A stretch of DNA of 63,595 bases, filler included, from Choristocarpus tenellus KU-1152 (GCA_964200185.2; 12 parts of 12 records of this genome joined end to end with filler, not necessarily neighbours in it); one strand, 5' to 3'; numbered from the whole stretch's first letter, positions 13,646 to 27,195 are shown. Numbers and translations are program-made. Notes: generated from the sequence alone by a model not told the origin.

Positions 13646-16020
13646 CCATTCAATTGAAGGCTGTCTGCAGGTGTGAACTCCTTTCTTATCCCCCGATCAC
13701 GATAAAGAGCGCCGAAAGACCCTCATAAAATTCCCCCCCATTATCAAACCGCACACACATGACCCGAGAGGGAGTACCATCAGCCCGGATATCGGCCAGG
13801 TACTTCTTGAAGGCTTTGGCGGCTTCTGACTTAGCACGAAGGAAATACAACCAAACAAAACGAGAATAATCGCCCCGGATTATCATGGTGTATTGCTTAC
13901 CACCGATTGAAAGGGTAGCCCTTTTCCCACTTAAGTCGACAAAAACCCGATCCAGCTTTCTCACCGCCCTTGTAGACGTGCCGGACCGAACGCCCTTCCG
14001 TATGCCCTTGGACAAAGAGCAGCCCGCACATGGCTCCAAGCTCACCCACCAATGTAATGCCGATTGAAGTGGCGGTGGACTTGAGCAATGCCTCGTGTGC
14101 GTGGCCATAAGAGCGGTGGAAGAGGTTAATGTCGACGTTGGTGTGGGGAGCGTGGGTTGCAAGCGAGGGGGCTATGGTAGGCTTCAAATCAGCTTCAGCA
14201 TTTCGACCTGGTCGCGGCAATATGCGTTGACCATGGAGGGTGTAGTGGCAACCAGGATCTCTTGTGAAGTTAAGTATTCCATCTAACAACGAGAATGTGC
14301 TGGCTGTGAAAATGCCTTTGGCACCCTTGTCAGCTGCTGCTTGGCAAGAGAAAAGGTTGAATTCAAGATCAGGGACATGGGCGACATTTTGAAGGAGTAT
14401 TTCTACCTCCTTGTTGTCACGTGAAGGAAACAAGATGATTAGATCACCATGACCAGCGATGCTAAAGGAACTTGGCTGGCAGTGACTACCCTTTCGTTTC
14501 TAACGCAAGCCATGTAATTAGTCATGTGAGTTATCATATTGGCTACATGACATGAAATCACACTGTCCAAAATCCATTCTTCCCTCTCGCGGCCAACCCC
14601 AGCACTTGACACCAAACATTCGTTTTCCCCACACTTGCCTGGAGCATTGCTGCTCGGAGAGTCCTCAGTGGTGACCAGTCGTGCGTATCACTCGTCATCG
14701 CCGCAGCTGGTGGTACTTTCCACAGTAATCTGGGAAGGATTCGCCTCGGTCTTGATCTCTTCTTTCCCAGACTGAATCGTAGTCAAGAACACCGAAGTGC
14801 ATGTTGTTGCATCATGGGCACGTCCACCATATTTGGTGCAAATGCGGTGTGGGCAAGCTGTCTTTTCATGTCCATGCTTACCGCATCTCTCACAAGGAAT
14901 CTTATCAGAACGTTTTGGGTTGGAATTAGAACCATTTTTCTTTCTTCCACCATTAAATTTACGTTCGGCACCGCGACCTTGGCCGTTGCGATGAGACTGA
15001 CTCTTCCGTTGCAATGAGCTGTTAACGACCAAAGTATGGCTGTTCTTTTGTCTTGAGTGCTTGCCCTGATGAAGGGAAGCATATCGCTCTCTACCAGTTT
15101 TCTCTACGTCTGTTGGACATAGTGTTCTCTGCGAGGCCGTCATGCATATCTTGGTATCGTAATCTGATCCGAGAGCACTCAGGAACTGTAAGAGCAGCAG
15201 CTTGTCCGAGATGACCAGGTCCATTGATAGCATCCTCCCCCGTAGCTCTTCTAGGTGGTTTAAGGTCAGGATTGGATTCGCCCCCTTCTCCACCTTTGAA
15301 GTGAAAAACTCACGAAACAAATGTTGCCTATTACCCACTGTATTCAGCATGAAACAATCATCTATTGCTCGGAAAAGCTCGCTCGGGCCTTGGTGCGTAT
15401 AGCACAGTGCCCTGGTGGTGGATGCAACGAGAGCAATAGTAAGTGCATGGTAAGCCTCTTCGGCCATCCAGATATCATTTGCACTGAAGCCGTGTGAGAG
15501 AAGTTCCTCGTAGGAGCGTTCTTGATTGACTGGTCTTTCACTTATCAATGCATCCAAACAGTGGGTGTATCAACAATGAACGATGAAACGCCTCCGCCAG
15601 TCCCGGTAGTCCGAGTCGTCCAATAGTTTCGGTGGTTGGGTTCTCGATCTCTTTGTCGTAGAGCTAACAATATGTGCGCCTGTCCCCAAGCTCCAAAGAA
15701 CCGGACCTCCGGCTCGCCCACTTCTGATGCTCCCAGCATCCAAGCTGTTTCCCCTCTCTGAGAAATTTGCCCTAAACATGGGTTCCATAGGACCCACTTC
15801 GACTGATACGCCCTCAACCGGAGGCCGTGTTCTGGGCACAGTGGCCTGGACGACGGGATGATCTCCGTCGCCGACTCTTTTCAGACTGAACCATGAAATT
15901 GCCAACGGTTCTTGACAACTCCGCTACCGTCGCCATAAGCTGTCTAAATTCTTGGAAAGATGGACCCGCAGAAGGAACAGGTTCCCGCAATTCTTGAATC
16001 GCATCTCCTCGTGTAGACAT
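13646..16020 (-). mobile_element. Ty1/Copia LTR retrotransposon (gag-protease-integrase), degenerate, truncated by contig edge
   Basis: gag 16020-14688 has two zinc knuckles (CERCGKHGHEKTAC, CTKYGGRAHDATTC). Protease EWILDSVISCHV at ~14548-14580. GAG-pre-integrase HRSYGH...C at ~14110-14020. Integrase core RVFVDLSG...DYSRFVWLYFL...RFDNGGEF...EFTPADSLQLNG. The PR-then-IN order is diagnostic of Copia. Several stops and frameshifts. Confidence 0.92.
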
Positions 16021-17859
16021 GACGAAAGGATGGGTGAAAACCTAAGGTTCAATATTTTGTGTTAAAGTATCCCCAAAATCATCAAAGAGGGTAAAGGTGA
16101 TAAACCCAGCGAGATTGCTTGGTGTCTGTAGAGTGATCGATTAAAGTTAGGTGGGGCATGCAATGCCCCATAAAATCAGAAATATTTCCTTTTATATGAG
16201 AAAAATTCTCATTCAACTAATCAGTAGTAAAAGGTTCTGATAACTCAACCACTAATTGATTGTTCTGTTACTCCATACATATTTTAGCGTAACTGTACGA
16301 TAGAGTTGGAAGAGTCTAATCGAACACAAGTCACCCAACAACGTCCATATTTTGCACTTTTCATCTAACAAAAATACTTTCACATACTGTTTGAAACCTC
16401 TTGTGTAAATATCATTGAATCGGGGATTGCAGATGTGTTGGATGCCCATGTATATATCCATCTTGGCAATAATATTTCGTGGGAGACGATTATGGGAGGG
16501 CTTACGTTTGAACACAAAAATAAGGTAGTACATATAATCCTCCATGCATCACCGCTTGCTTGGAACCCCCTGCATTCATTTTTTACCTCCTGTACTTCGT
16601 TGATTGTGCCTTTCATCGTGCAATTCCCTTCAACACATACTTTAAAAAAAGGTCAAGACAGTTGACGGACAGTTTTCGGACAGGGTGTCCCACAATGTGT
16701 CAAGAGTTGTTCCTGATACCACATGAGTTCCTGTCTCCACGCCAGTCTGGCATTGATGGCAACTACCAGGGTGATGCAAGGTCAGGAGACATGCCATCAA
16801 GATAATCGTTCCTAAAGGAGGGGAAAATCTATCTGGAGAAAGCACAGAAGTATACCAACACATACGTACATTGGGTTTGGGCGGTTATTTAGAATACCAT
16901 CAGACAAATAAAGAAGTGGTTGGAAGTGGGAGCAAGTTCCAACACAACCTTGACTTGGACCCCATGTTCTTTGACCTGTGCACTCTTCTGATTGCCCATG
17001 TGATAGGGGTTTCCAACAAGTATCCCTGTAGAAGGGAGTGGGTACAAGACCAGACGAAGCCAAATAACTTAGATTCGACCTGACCTATTTGGACTATATT
17101 CTGGAAACCTCAGTAGAATGTGCTAATTGTTTACTTTGGACAAATGGAAGCGAACTTTACAGGTGCTCCCCCATCAAGACTCTACCACAATAACTTATAG
17201 ATATGTAGGGTAGAAATAACACAATAACTTGTAGATATGTAGGGTAGAAATAGCTCCCCCCTCCCCTTTCTTTCTTGGCTTGGGGAAGAGAGGCATTTTC
17301 TTATTATTATCACATCAGACCACTGGTATTGGACAGGACTGGACCAGGGATCAGTCCAGGTGAAATGCTACGTAGTAAAATGTATTACAGTACTACATGG
17401 TTGTATTGACAGGACCACTCCAGAACCATCAGAGAATATAACTGGGCTGAACCGGATCCATCAAGATTGTAAACCAGACTGGGTCGCAGGTTGGCCTGGC
17501 AAATATAACTTGACAGGGTCGGACTGGGATCATCGAACAGTATAACCAGAGTGTACCGTGGCCTATCCCTCTTTGGAGTATGTTGTAACGTACATGCTTC
17601 TTGGTCGCACCTCGTATTATTTTTATTGTTGTGTATCAAGTACTATATGGAACCCAAAGAAAGCATAGTCAGTCATAGTACAACAGTTAGTAGTGCACTG
17701 TGTAGTGCCTCTTGACCATGAGTTGGGATAGTCTCCAGGCTAATGTGTGACAAATAAGAACGTAGTAACTGCATCAAAATTAGTGCAAGAATTAAGTAAA
17801 TTATTCAGGAGTATTACTAGTAATAGATATTTTCATTTGTCTGAGAAAACACTATGTAC

Positions 17860-18480
17860 TACTAGTAGTTAGAAGACGTTCCACCTTTTCTGCACTCATA
17901 CCATGTTGCAATGCCCTAGACATAATGGAAAATCTTGAGAAGTTTCTCTCAGCTAGGCAACTCGCGCTGTCAATACCACTGGTAGAGCCTGGCAAACAAT
18001 GCCGACTGGGGCAGTTGCACCCTTTGCCATACCGCGCCTTTGTCCTATTATTTTGGGTAGTCTTCTCCCAATATTCAAGAGCAGGTTATAATTTCGCTCT
18101 TTCTACTACCTCATCCCCCAGCATCTCTTTGGCTATTTTTTGCTTCAAAAAACCTGAAAGCTGGACCGTTTTTTAAGTAGTGCCTTGGTCTCCTCCTGCT
18201 GATCCACGACTTTTACTGGGCTTCTCTGTTGCCTGCCACATGTGTCACTGCTGCAATCTAGATACCTTTTGGTCAGGACATGAAAATACTTGAGCGCATC
18301 ATCAGGTACATTGATCACATTACCACATGTATTCACACCAAATAATGTAGGCGAAACTTACCTACTCCTCACTGCTAACCCACTTTTTCACATACTTTGG
18401 GTTCTTCTCAAAGTAGTGACAGAGAGCGGGTCAAAGAGCAAGGAGGCAATGGAAGAACCCCATAGGTTGATACAAACCTG
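17860..18480 (-). pseudogene. hAT-superfamily transposase remnant (C-terminal dimerization domain)
   Basis: Minus-strand translation across frameshifts gives PALEYWEK...QLPQSALFARLYQ/GIDSASCLAERNFSRFSIMSRALQHGMSAEKVERLL, matching the LxxW...LPxLAxxARxYLxIxxxSxxxERxFS...xxxVExL hAT motif. More decayed coding sequence may extend to ~20400. Confidence 0.7.
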
Positions 18481-21400
18481 TAGAGACACAAAGAATAGAA
18501 ACATGAAAATTCAACTTTATTATACATGAAGGGAAAAGAAACTCAATTTGGTATACGGGGCGGTGGTAGCAAAGGCACAAAAGATGCATACTTTGCTACA
18601 TAGTATCACCAACCACCTGAGAACATCACAAAGTGAAAAAAACGAAAATAAAAAGAGTAGCATACTGACGTGTGTTAATACTTTTATACACAACACATTA
18701 TAGACGGACCTTCTCAATCAAAAGCTTGATCTCTGTGAAGCAGTGTGTGCCAGGAAAAGACACGGTTGAGAGGCCGAGGTTCTCACTGCGAGAAAGGTCC
18801 CCTTGGTAACAGTGCGACAGTAGCATTGCGGTAGTTGACTACAGCAACAGCAGCGGTCAAGTTGAAAGCCACTAAATGGACCTTGGTACCCCACTGAAAG
18901 TAATAGCTAAATTGATCCTTATTCCATTACAGTGTTCTCCTTAACCTCCATATCAAGGTACAGTAGCACCATTTCACAATACAGGTGGTAATACATACTA
19001 CATTTCTGATAACACATTAATTCAAATACCTTTGCTTTGTGGACTGGGTGGGTTTTATTATTTCCTTGAGTTTTTTTCGAAGTAGCTATGACCCCACCAG
19101 TGATTATTTAGATATCCTTCGTTACATTGACACCAACTCCACAAACTTGGGCTTTTCTCCCCCACCAGATCGTGTTTTCTTACCAGCCAAAAGTTGCATG
19201 CTGATAGACAAGAATATGTTGCCAAAACTCGAAAATGCTGCACACCTCAGATAGCGCATACTCGTCACATAGCACAAAATAACACCACAGCATCGTAGGC
19301 AGCGAAGTGTTATTCGGATAATGTGTTTATTAGTTACAAAAAATAATGCAGGAAAAGGGATATGAGTGTTAACCTGGAACATATGTTGATATGGAGGAAT
19401 TCTGCTTCAAGCATTTCCTGTTTGTTTGGAGGAGAATGGGCCCCTACTGTTATTGTCCTGGCCACTGTGTGATTAGAACAAAAATGGCCTCCAAGCGTTA
19501 AGACTTAAAACTAGCATCGATTGTTACTTCGTGGAAATGTGAAATGCTGTACAAGTGGTAGAGGAGTAAGGGTATTCAATAAAAGACAGGAAATAAAAGT
19601 AGTCGGTTACACTCAACAAAAAAGAGACCAATTTGTACACATTTGGAAAAGGTACAAAGGATCAAGAATCAAAGTGTGTATACATACATACATATATATT
19701 GCTCTGAGGTGCTGACATGGTTGTAGGTGAGTGCATCATCACTCCTAGGCAGGGCAATGAACAATAAATCCCCTCGAGTTACTGCTTCCTACAGATAAAT
19801 GCAGCAAAGCCCATCATCCTAAAGTAACAGCCATGCACTACACAACTATCTAATGCCCCTTACTTATCTGAAAATGTCTTGGCTGATGTCGAACTCAGGC
19901 AGTGTCCACATCCTACATTTTTGTATCCCTGTGCTTCTTCAACCCTCAGACACAGTCATGAGAAGGCCTGACCTTCCTACTCATGTTACCTGTCGATTTA
20001 AATAACACAGAAACCCACCTACTACCTAACTAAACCTTTTCTCACCCACTTCAACTCGCCACAACAAATGTTAAATCATAACGGCAAACAACATTGAATC
20101 ACAGCGACTATGTTGAACCACCACTACTGTACTTGAGGCGTAATTTCTCGTAGTGCCTGAGCTCTTCTTGCGACACAGACGGAGTCACACTGAGGCAGGC
20201 CACCTGACAGAATGAAATGGAAAGAGAGGGCGCGGGGTGAAGTGGATAGGCACCCTCATCAAAATGATCCATATGCCAAAAGCTTGTGTTTAGATTTGTA
20301 GCAACAGCAGTAGTAGTGTTAAGCCATTCATCAGCAGGGGTGGAATATATTCCTGGGTCCTGGAAAAGTCTGAGGTTGGGATTGATGGGGAAGACCAAGT
20401 GTTCATTCTAGCAGAACATTGCAGGACGATAAACATATGTGTCGCAAACCCAAAGAGAGTCTAGATCTGGTCAAGGAGGATGGACTGAAATATGATATGT
20501 ACTGGAAAAGGTATGGCACTTCAGTGAAGGAAAGTGTCCTCTAAAAAGTTCAGCAATCTAATATTTGAAGAGGGAGTTCTGGGAACAAAACTCGCACCAC
20601 CCAGGCAACACCAAGTCCACTTGCCTCCATATCACTTCTCGATACTCTTACGTCCAGCTCATCTTCCGGCAGGCGAGCCAAGAGTTGTTGAGGTGTGACA
20701 GAGTTTCCATAGAACTCACAAGCGTTGAGGTGTGCAACCTGTTCGATTTTGATGCCATTGGAGGTTACATTGGAAACGTGCAGTGAATATGGACAACAAA
20801 ATGTTGCCCATGCAGATACAGCAGGAATGTTCCATTACAAACATCAGTCAACAGCGCAACACAAAGTGTACCAGCTGAATCCTATTCTAACAAAGAAAAA
20901 GAAGAAAATCCAACTATGGACAAGCGGTGTATCTGCACCATCAAACTTAGTTCTAAAGTCATTGACAACTGCCCTAAACACAGCACCCGGCATCCCTCAA
21001 TGCAACATGCTCTAGAGAACTGTCCTGGTATCACAATGCAGCAGCATTACTTGGAGACTGAAGTAATCTACAAGTGCATACCTTTTCCTCAATCTCGGCC
21101 ACCCTCCTCCGCAGTGCCAGCTGGAGCGCATTTGATGCCACAGCAGACAGGTCTGCCCCAGTAAACTGAGTATAGGTCGAAAGAGTTGAACGACGATGTA
21201 CAGTGATCCCCGCATTAGATTAGTGGCAAAGGTATGGACATGGGGGATGCATTTGACACTGATGTCTGGGATAGGTCCTACTCAGGACCAGGACCTTGTG
21301 CATACAGACGTTTCCCATTGTGGTCCGTCGGAGCAGTGATATATGGGTCAGACGCTGTTAATGGGGTGATGGGCCACGGATTATGTCAGGTTCGCTCCCC

Positions 21401-22394
21401 GGCCTCTGATTTGTCAAACATAGAGATATCACTGTCCTACGGGGGCAGATAGTCTGACGGATGCACAACCAGGTCACCAAGACCAGAAAAGCGCCGTGCA
21501 GCCAACTGTCAAATTCTGAGAGGAGGTTTTTATTATGACTGGTAGCATCCAATCAAAGCCACAGGATTGAGAATCGCACCAAAATCAGCAGGACCGTACA
21601 CAGTTGTTGCAACTGCAGCAAGAAGTGTGATTGTTTCACGGGTACTGTCGGAATCTACAACTGTCCATTGGCAATTGTGGAGAGAGACATTGAAAAACCG
21701 TGCACAACAAAACCGTCACAATTCCGGAACGGTACTGTGGCGACGTGGGTGCTATTCACCCTACCATACCTTTCCGTTCAGTTAGTATTCTAGTACAAGG
21801 ACCAAAATGTCCAGCTCTCCAAGTAACCTTGACCATAGCACAATTGTATCGTGCTGTGGTGCACTTTGCTGTGATCGTACCATCCAGAGGTACACTGATC
21901 TTAAACATACAAATATGCAAATACAGCAACTGTATGTGTGTTTGCGGAAATTCTTCAATCTTCAATCTATAACTTGTCGCTGTGGTACTATAATTATGCT
22001 ATAAACAATCAACAAAACACTTCACGCACTAAACCTGGATGATACACACATCAAATATAAAGTATACAATTCTTGAAAAATAAATCGGAAGGTGCCAAAT
22101 AAATAGTAATAAAAACTACTTGAACACCAACCTCTTCGCCATTGGCGACTCAGAGGTCCCGTCATTGCTGCCCACAACCATTGAAGGACAATGTTATCAC
22201 CACTGTTGACTGTAGAGATAACAGGTACAGCTGTGGTCATGTTGTCGAAATCCGAACTGCAACCGCACTGTCAAGCCAAAACCACGACCTTAATTGTACC
22301 GTCAAAAGCACGACTTCAACTAACTGTACATCAGAACATAGCGTGAGGTCAAGTGAAAACTACAACCTCAACTAACCATACTGCAAATGTTTTC

Positions 22395-22396
<2 letters not shown>

Positions 22397-22427
<31 letters not shown>
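22397..22427. repeat. (GT)n microsatellite
   Basis: Perfect GT dinucleotide run. Confidence 0.95.
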
Positions 22428-22429
<2 letters not shown>

Positions 22430-23207
22430 CGTGTTTCTGAAAAAAACGAATCCTACATTCGAAATTTTCTCTGCAAAAGTTCTTCTCGCCGTGGCAAAGA
22501 TAATGGTGGTCATTGCGATTACGTCAATATATCTAACCACTTCATATACCAGTATATATATATATATTGTTGGACAAACCTTTACAACCAAAAAACAACT
22601 TAACAGTCAAAGTGCAACAGCGTAGGGCCCTGGATTTAGTGTCATGACCCTTGCTCAGCTTGCCTCAACCTCCCTTGATCACTTCCCTTTAGAGTCACCT
22701 CTCTGGTGACTCTCACTCCTCCCCATTCAGACAGAATGCATCCCTCCTCGGAAAAAAAAATAGTACTTAGCGTGGGTGGCGCTTGTGTGAAGATAGTGAC
22801 TACTATAAGTCCAAGGATAAGAAAAAACAGTACTACAAAATATTAAGCAACCACACACCTATCAAAACAGTCCCTCATCCCCAACTACAACTCTCTTCCC
22901 TCAAAAGTCTTCCTACTACTGCAACACACTGAAACCTTACCATCAAGCAAGAAAAAAAACAGCAACTCTGACTCTCTCAAAAGGCTCACCAATTCCTCCC
23001 TTCCCAACGCCCTCCCCTGTGCAGACCCCACCCCTTCCGGTCATACCTGGGGTGGAACTCGGTCGTGTACGATTTCTTCAATATCAACCTCCTCCCCTGG
23101 CCCTTCCTTTCCTCCTTCAAACACAAACTTACGGGTGATGGCCCGCAGGACCTTGAGTCAGACAAAAGAGTATTGAACACATGCACAACCCGGGAAGTAC
23201 AAAAAAG

Positions 23208-23211
<4 letters not shown>

Positions 23212-23247
<36 letters not shown>
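23212..23247. repeat. (GA)n microsatellite
   Basis: Perfect GA dinucleotide run. Confidence 0.95.
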
Positions 23248-23249
<2 letters not shown>

Positions 23250-23802
23250 GAAACAGTACTTGATAAGCACAGGGTGAGGAGTTCCCCCTCCCATCGAGTG
23301 TTGCACGAGAGAATTCTTAATCGATGACTCTCTCCAGCACCCGATAGTGTATCTAATGCAACCGCCAAAATCCCTGAGAGCTGGCAGGAATGTTTTAAGT
23401 CCGCTTCAGTAGTAACCTCTACTGTACAAGATATTTTAATCCCCTGGCCCTTTGTCCATAACCTACAAAAGTCAACAGGTTTACATGCATATGACTGTCC
23501 CATCCAAGCATGTACTGCATTTGGCATTAGCGTTGGTACCCCCAAAACCCCCCTAACCCCGCTGCTCACATGCCCCAGGCTCCTACCGATCACTCCAGCC
23601 ACAGCACAAGAGCCTTCACAATCTTCTGGTTCTCTGTCCTGGCCAATCTGGTGGCGAAAGGCCCCCACTGGACACGATCCATTGCATCAATGGATATTTT
23701 TAAGAACGTCCAACTCCATCTCTCTATTGGAACCACTCCACAAGAACACGCACACGCTCCACGTACTACTGTACCACTTCAAGAAAATAAAAGATTTAAG
23801 AA

Positions 23803-23910
23803 ATGAATACTCGATGAATACTCGATGAATACTCGATGAATACTCGATGAATACTCGATGAATACTCGATGAATACTCGATGAATACTCAATGAATACTC
23901 AATGAATACT
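23803..23910. repeat. 11-bp tandem repeat (ATGAATACTCG) x ~10
   Basis: Seven perfect units followed by units ending CA or TT. Confidence 0.95.
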
Positions 23911-24750
23911 TTTGCAAATCGTACTGATTCAATCAAGTTGATTTGCCTCTAATTGAAGATATATCGAGAATGTAATCGAAAGGGAAAATTCGGTAGGTAC
24001 CACCACGATTACGAGTACTGTGAGATTCACTTTTCAGTTCGGTAACTAAATCACCGAAGAAGTATATTAATTCACAACACCAGAAACGGACATATAACGG
24101 GAGGGGGGGGGGGGGGGGGGAAAGCANNNNNNNNNNNNNNNNNNNNNNNNNNNNNNNNNNNNNNNNNNNNTTAATTAATTAANNNNNNNNNNNNNNNNNN
24201 NNNNNNNNNNNNNNNNNNNNNNNNNNGGGAGGGGGGGAGGGAGGAGGAGGGGAAAAGGAGGAAAGGGGCAAAGGGAAAGGGGAAAGGGGTGGGGGGGGGG
24301 GGGGGGTGGGGGTGGGGGATGCCAACAGTAATTTTTTCTTGTTTTAATATAGCACTACAATTGCAATCTCTTGCAAGGGTCTGTTGATTTCCTTGTTTCC
24401 CACTTTTTCAAGGGATGCTAAGAATAAGCCTTTCTTGTTTTGATGTAGCAACACAATTGCAATCTCTTGCAAGGGTCTGTTGATTTCCTTGGCCCCACTC
24501 TTCATTAATTAACTACACTGGGGACGTAAGGGAATGAATCGATTGACACTACATTTTCGGCAATGTCTTCATCACCATAGAAGGGAATTATTGGAAGGCG
24601 TTTCACTCAAAACATTTCCATTGGTGTGTGGATTTGAGCATTGATGGGCAAACCTGAAAAACTCTCGGAATACTCAGTGGGTTGGAGACTTCTTCGAGAC
24701 TCAGGTGTTGGTAACGTTTGGTAGTAAGTGAAGAGACGGAAAGTACGAAC

Positions 24751-25612
24751 TCTTGCCTGAATAGCATTATCGATGAATTCAGCCAATGCATGGGACAACT
24801 TCGTGAAATGCGCCTCTCCTGTCTTCGTGAGGGTGTTGAAGTGAGGCTGAAATGAAATACTGTCTTCCACGGGAGCCTCGAGCCTGGGAAAGGGTACCAC
24901 ACGACGTCAATGGTAAGAAGTCAGAATAGGTTTTAAAGATGGAGGGGGGACGAGGAAAGGTGCGACAACAGAGGTCGTCATCTCAAGTTCTTCAACTACG
25001 GATTTGTTGCCAAGCTTCACAAACCCGAGAAAGGGTAAAAATTATATTACCGACCCCAGAATGAGGTGCATTTGTGGGCGTAGAGAGTTGGGCGCTCTTG
25101 GAGAAGGTGCGTGTATGACCGTGATGTAAAAATATGTCCACGGGAAAGATACGGCAATGCACGGCATTCTGTGAAAATACTGCGAGTTCTCACCGTTCGT
25201 TGATATCCTTGAACACTAGAAAAACACGACTTTTACTCCAGCTTTGCCTCCACAGATCTCCCGACTTCATCTCTTCATATACCTCGTCAGTGACCTCATG
25301 ACGATCGAAGTCGGTGATAACAATGCGTTCCTGTTCAGAGGGACCAGACTGAAGTTTGTCAGGGTACATTCATGCCACTCATTCATAACACGCTGCCCAA
25401 TATCCAATAGACGCATATCGACACATGCGACTAATCTAGCTCAATGCGACTGTATGAGTAGAAGGTCTTCGATACTGCTACTCAATCATCACCTCAGTTT
25501 CCAGTCTGAAAATGCGACGAACGTAGACTAGGAGTTCCTCTAGAGTGCCATATCCCGAGAGGTTCACCGTCTTTTCGCTCCCATGCCTCTGCAGGGTGAC
25601 TACCTCCGCCAT
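24751..25612 (-). CDS. SMCHD1: SMCHD1-like protein, first three exons (N-terminal ubiquitin-like domain + start of GHKL ATPase); gene continues beyond contig edge
   Basis: Exon1 25612-25493 (MAEVVTLQRHGSEKTVNLSGYGTLEELLVYVRRIFRLETE|gtgatg). Exon2 25330-25194 (cag|ERIVITDFDRHEVTDEVYEEMKSGDLWRQSWSKSRVFLVFKDINE-R|gtgaga). Exon3 24883-~24751 (cag|LEAPVEDSISFQPHFNTLTKTGEAHFTKLSHALAEFIDNAIQA). Splice phases are consistent. The sequence is colinear with human SMCHD1 EKFVITTTSRKEIT...ERIDFLPHYDTLVKSG...ALAELIDNSLSA, as recalled. Confidence 0.8.
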
Positions 25613-26219
25613 TTTAGGTTGCAGCAGGGACCTTCACGGTGATCCACGGTAGTATGGTGGTGAACAACCTTGTGCAAGCAACTACAACAATGGATAGCAC
25701 AGTACCACTTGACTATCGTGAGTTCTCTCAAATTGTGCATCCGATAAAACTGGATGAAGAGTTTCAACCAAGATTGTAGATGTATTATAGGGCGTCAGGG
25801 TGTACCTCCTGAGGTCAGTTCCCTGAGAAGCGAGCGAAGGCTATCCCGCCTCCGAGGTTCCTGTTTCTCTTGTAGGCGTAGAATTGCACTCAAGTATATT
25901 GTTGAGTACTCTCACATTGGTAAGTGATACTAAGAGTAGTAAGGACGTAAGGACGCATTAATATTTCAAAAATAGTAATTCACAAAATATCGCATTTCAA
26001 AAAATTTGAAAATCTGAACTTGTAGAGCAGTGTCAGGTCTGAGTTCCACCCCAAGTCATCGATTGTGAGCCTCTGTAGAGGGACCAGTGTTGACGTCCAG
26101 AAAAACAGGTGGTTGATAAGCATAGAGCTGGCTTAGACATTGAGACTCAAAGTATCGGCAAGCTTCGGCCTTCGTGAACTCTAGAGACGAAGGTTGAACA
26201 ACCTTTTGAGTCCAAAACT
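25613..26219. promoter_or_regulatory. Probable bidirectional promoter/5' UTR region between SMCHD1-like gene and PSF3
   Basis: Divergent ATGs at 25612 (-) and 26220 (+) are 607 bp apart, with an AT-rich core at ~25960-26015. Confidence 0.55.
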
Positions 26220-27195
26220 ATGAGTGGCACCTACTACGACTTGGACACAATCCTGAGTGAAGAGGAGAGGGTGCCATGTATTTTCACGCTCGATGCTGTT
26301 GGGATGGGTATGTTGGACCCAACAACTGCAGATGATGACCTCACAAAAGGGACGAAGGTTTGAGGAAATTTGCGTCTTTGTAGTAATATTGAGCCCTCGT
26401 GACAACCTTCCTTTGATATTTTCCGCATAATTTTGATATCTGAAAGTAACCGAACGTAACAGCACGTCAATCGGGGCAGATGCAATCAGATACTATTATC
26501 TTCAGTGGAATTCTCTTGCATTACTTTGCTAGGCAACCCATTGCCAGTCATGCTCACCGCATCCTACGATGCTGTGAACACACTTTCAGTCTCATCTTAA
26601 CTTTAGCCAATTACTCGGTCATCTGCCCAGGTGGAATTCCCGCTGTGGATGGCACGATATCTATATTTCAAGGCCATGGTAGATTTGGAACTGCCGAAGC
26701 ACTACACCGAGAAGTAAGATTACTGTTACAGCTATATTTGTGTTGAATTTAGTTTCTCACTCGACTTGAATCTTCGATCGTGCTATCACACAAATAACAC
26801 AGCCATTCCTCCTTGGTCTCCAAACCCCCCTCACAAGGTTCCGTGAGCAGCTTGACGCTGGACCTGGCGCGGTTAACCTGCGTGAAAAGAGCAAGTATTA
26901 CTATGAGATTGGAGGCGTGTTGGCTGGTCTCCTCAACGACAGGAAACTACAAGACACCCTCTTGGTGGTGTTCAGTGGAGACCGCTTCCGTCGGCTGTTG
27001 GACTGCTCCCTCAACAGCCTCAATGAAGACATTACGTCCTTCACTAGAGAATTGCCTAGCTTGGAGAGGCGTCTTTTCAATGCAGGGTACCAGGCCTCGG
27101 ATGAGTACTTCCGGTGGAAGTCACGTACCCTTAACAGGCTTACGACCTCAAGAGTCCTCCAAGGAAAGAACAAACGGAAACGGACTGTGCTCTAG
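26220..27195 (+). CDS. PSF3: DNA replication complex GINS subunit 3 (Psf3), complete, 3 exons, ~192 aa
   Basis: Exons 26220-26357 (MSGTYYDLDTILSEEERVPCIF...DLTKGTK), 26631-26713 (VEFPLWMARYL...LELPKHYTE), 26838-27195 (KFREQLDAGPGAVNLREKSKYYYEIG...LERRLFNAG...FRWK...stop). GT-AG introns are in phase. Carries the Psf3 hallmarks YYDLDxILxEEE, G.KVExPLWxA, L.A....VNL and LERxLF. Confidence 0.93.

Noticed and set aside
24607-24900. ORF-track 97-aa protein as a standalone gene
   Set aside because: Only the middle part is exon 3 of the SMCHD1-like gene. The flanking residues are intron read-through.
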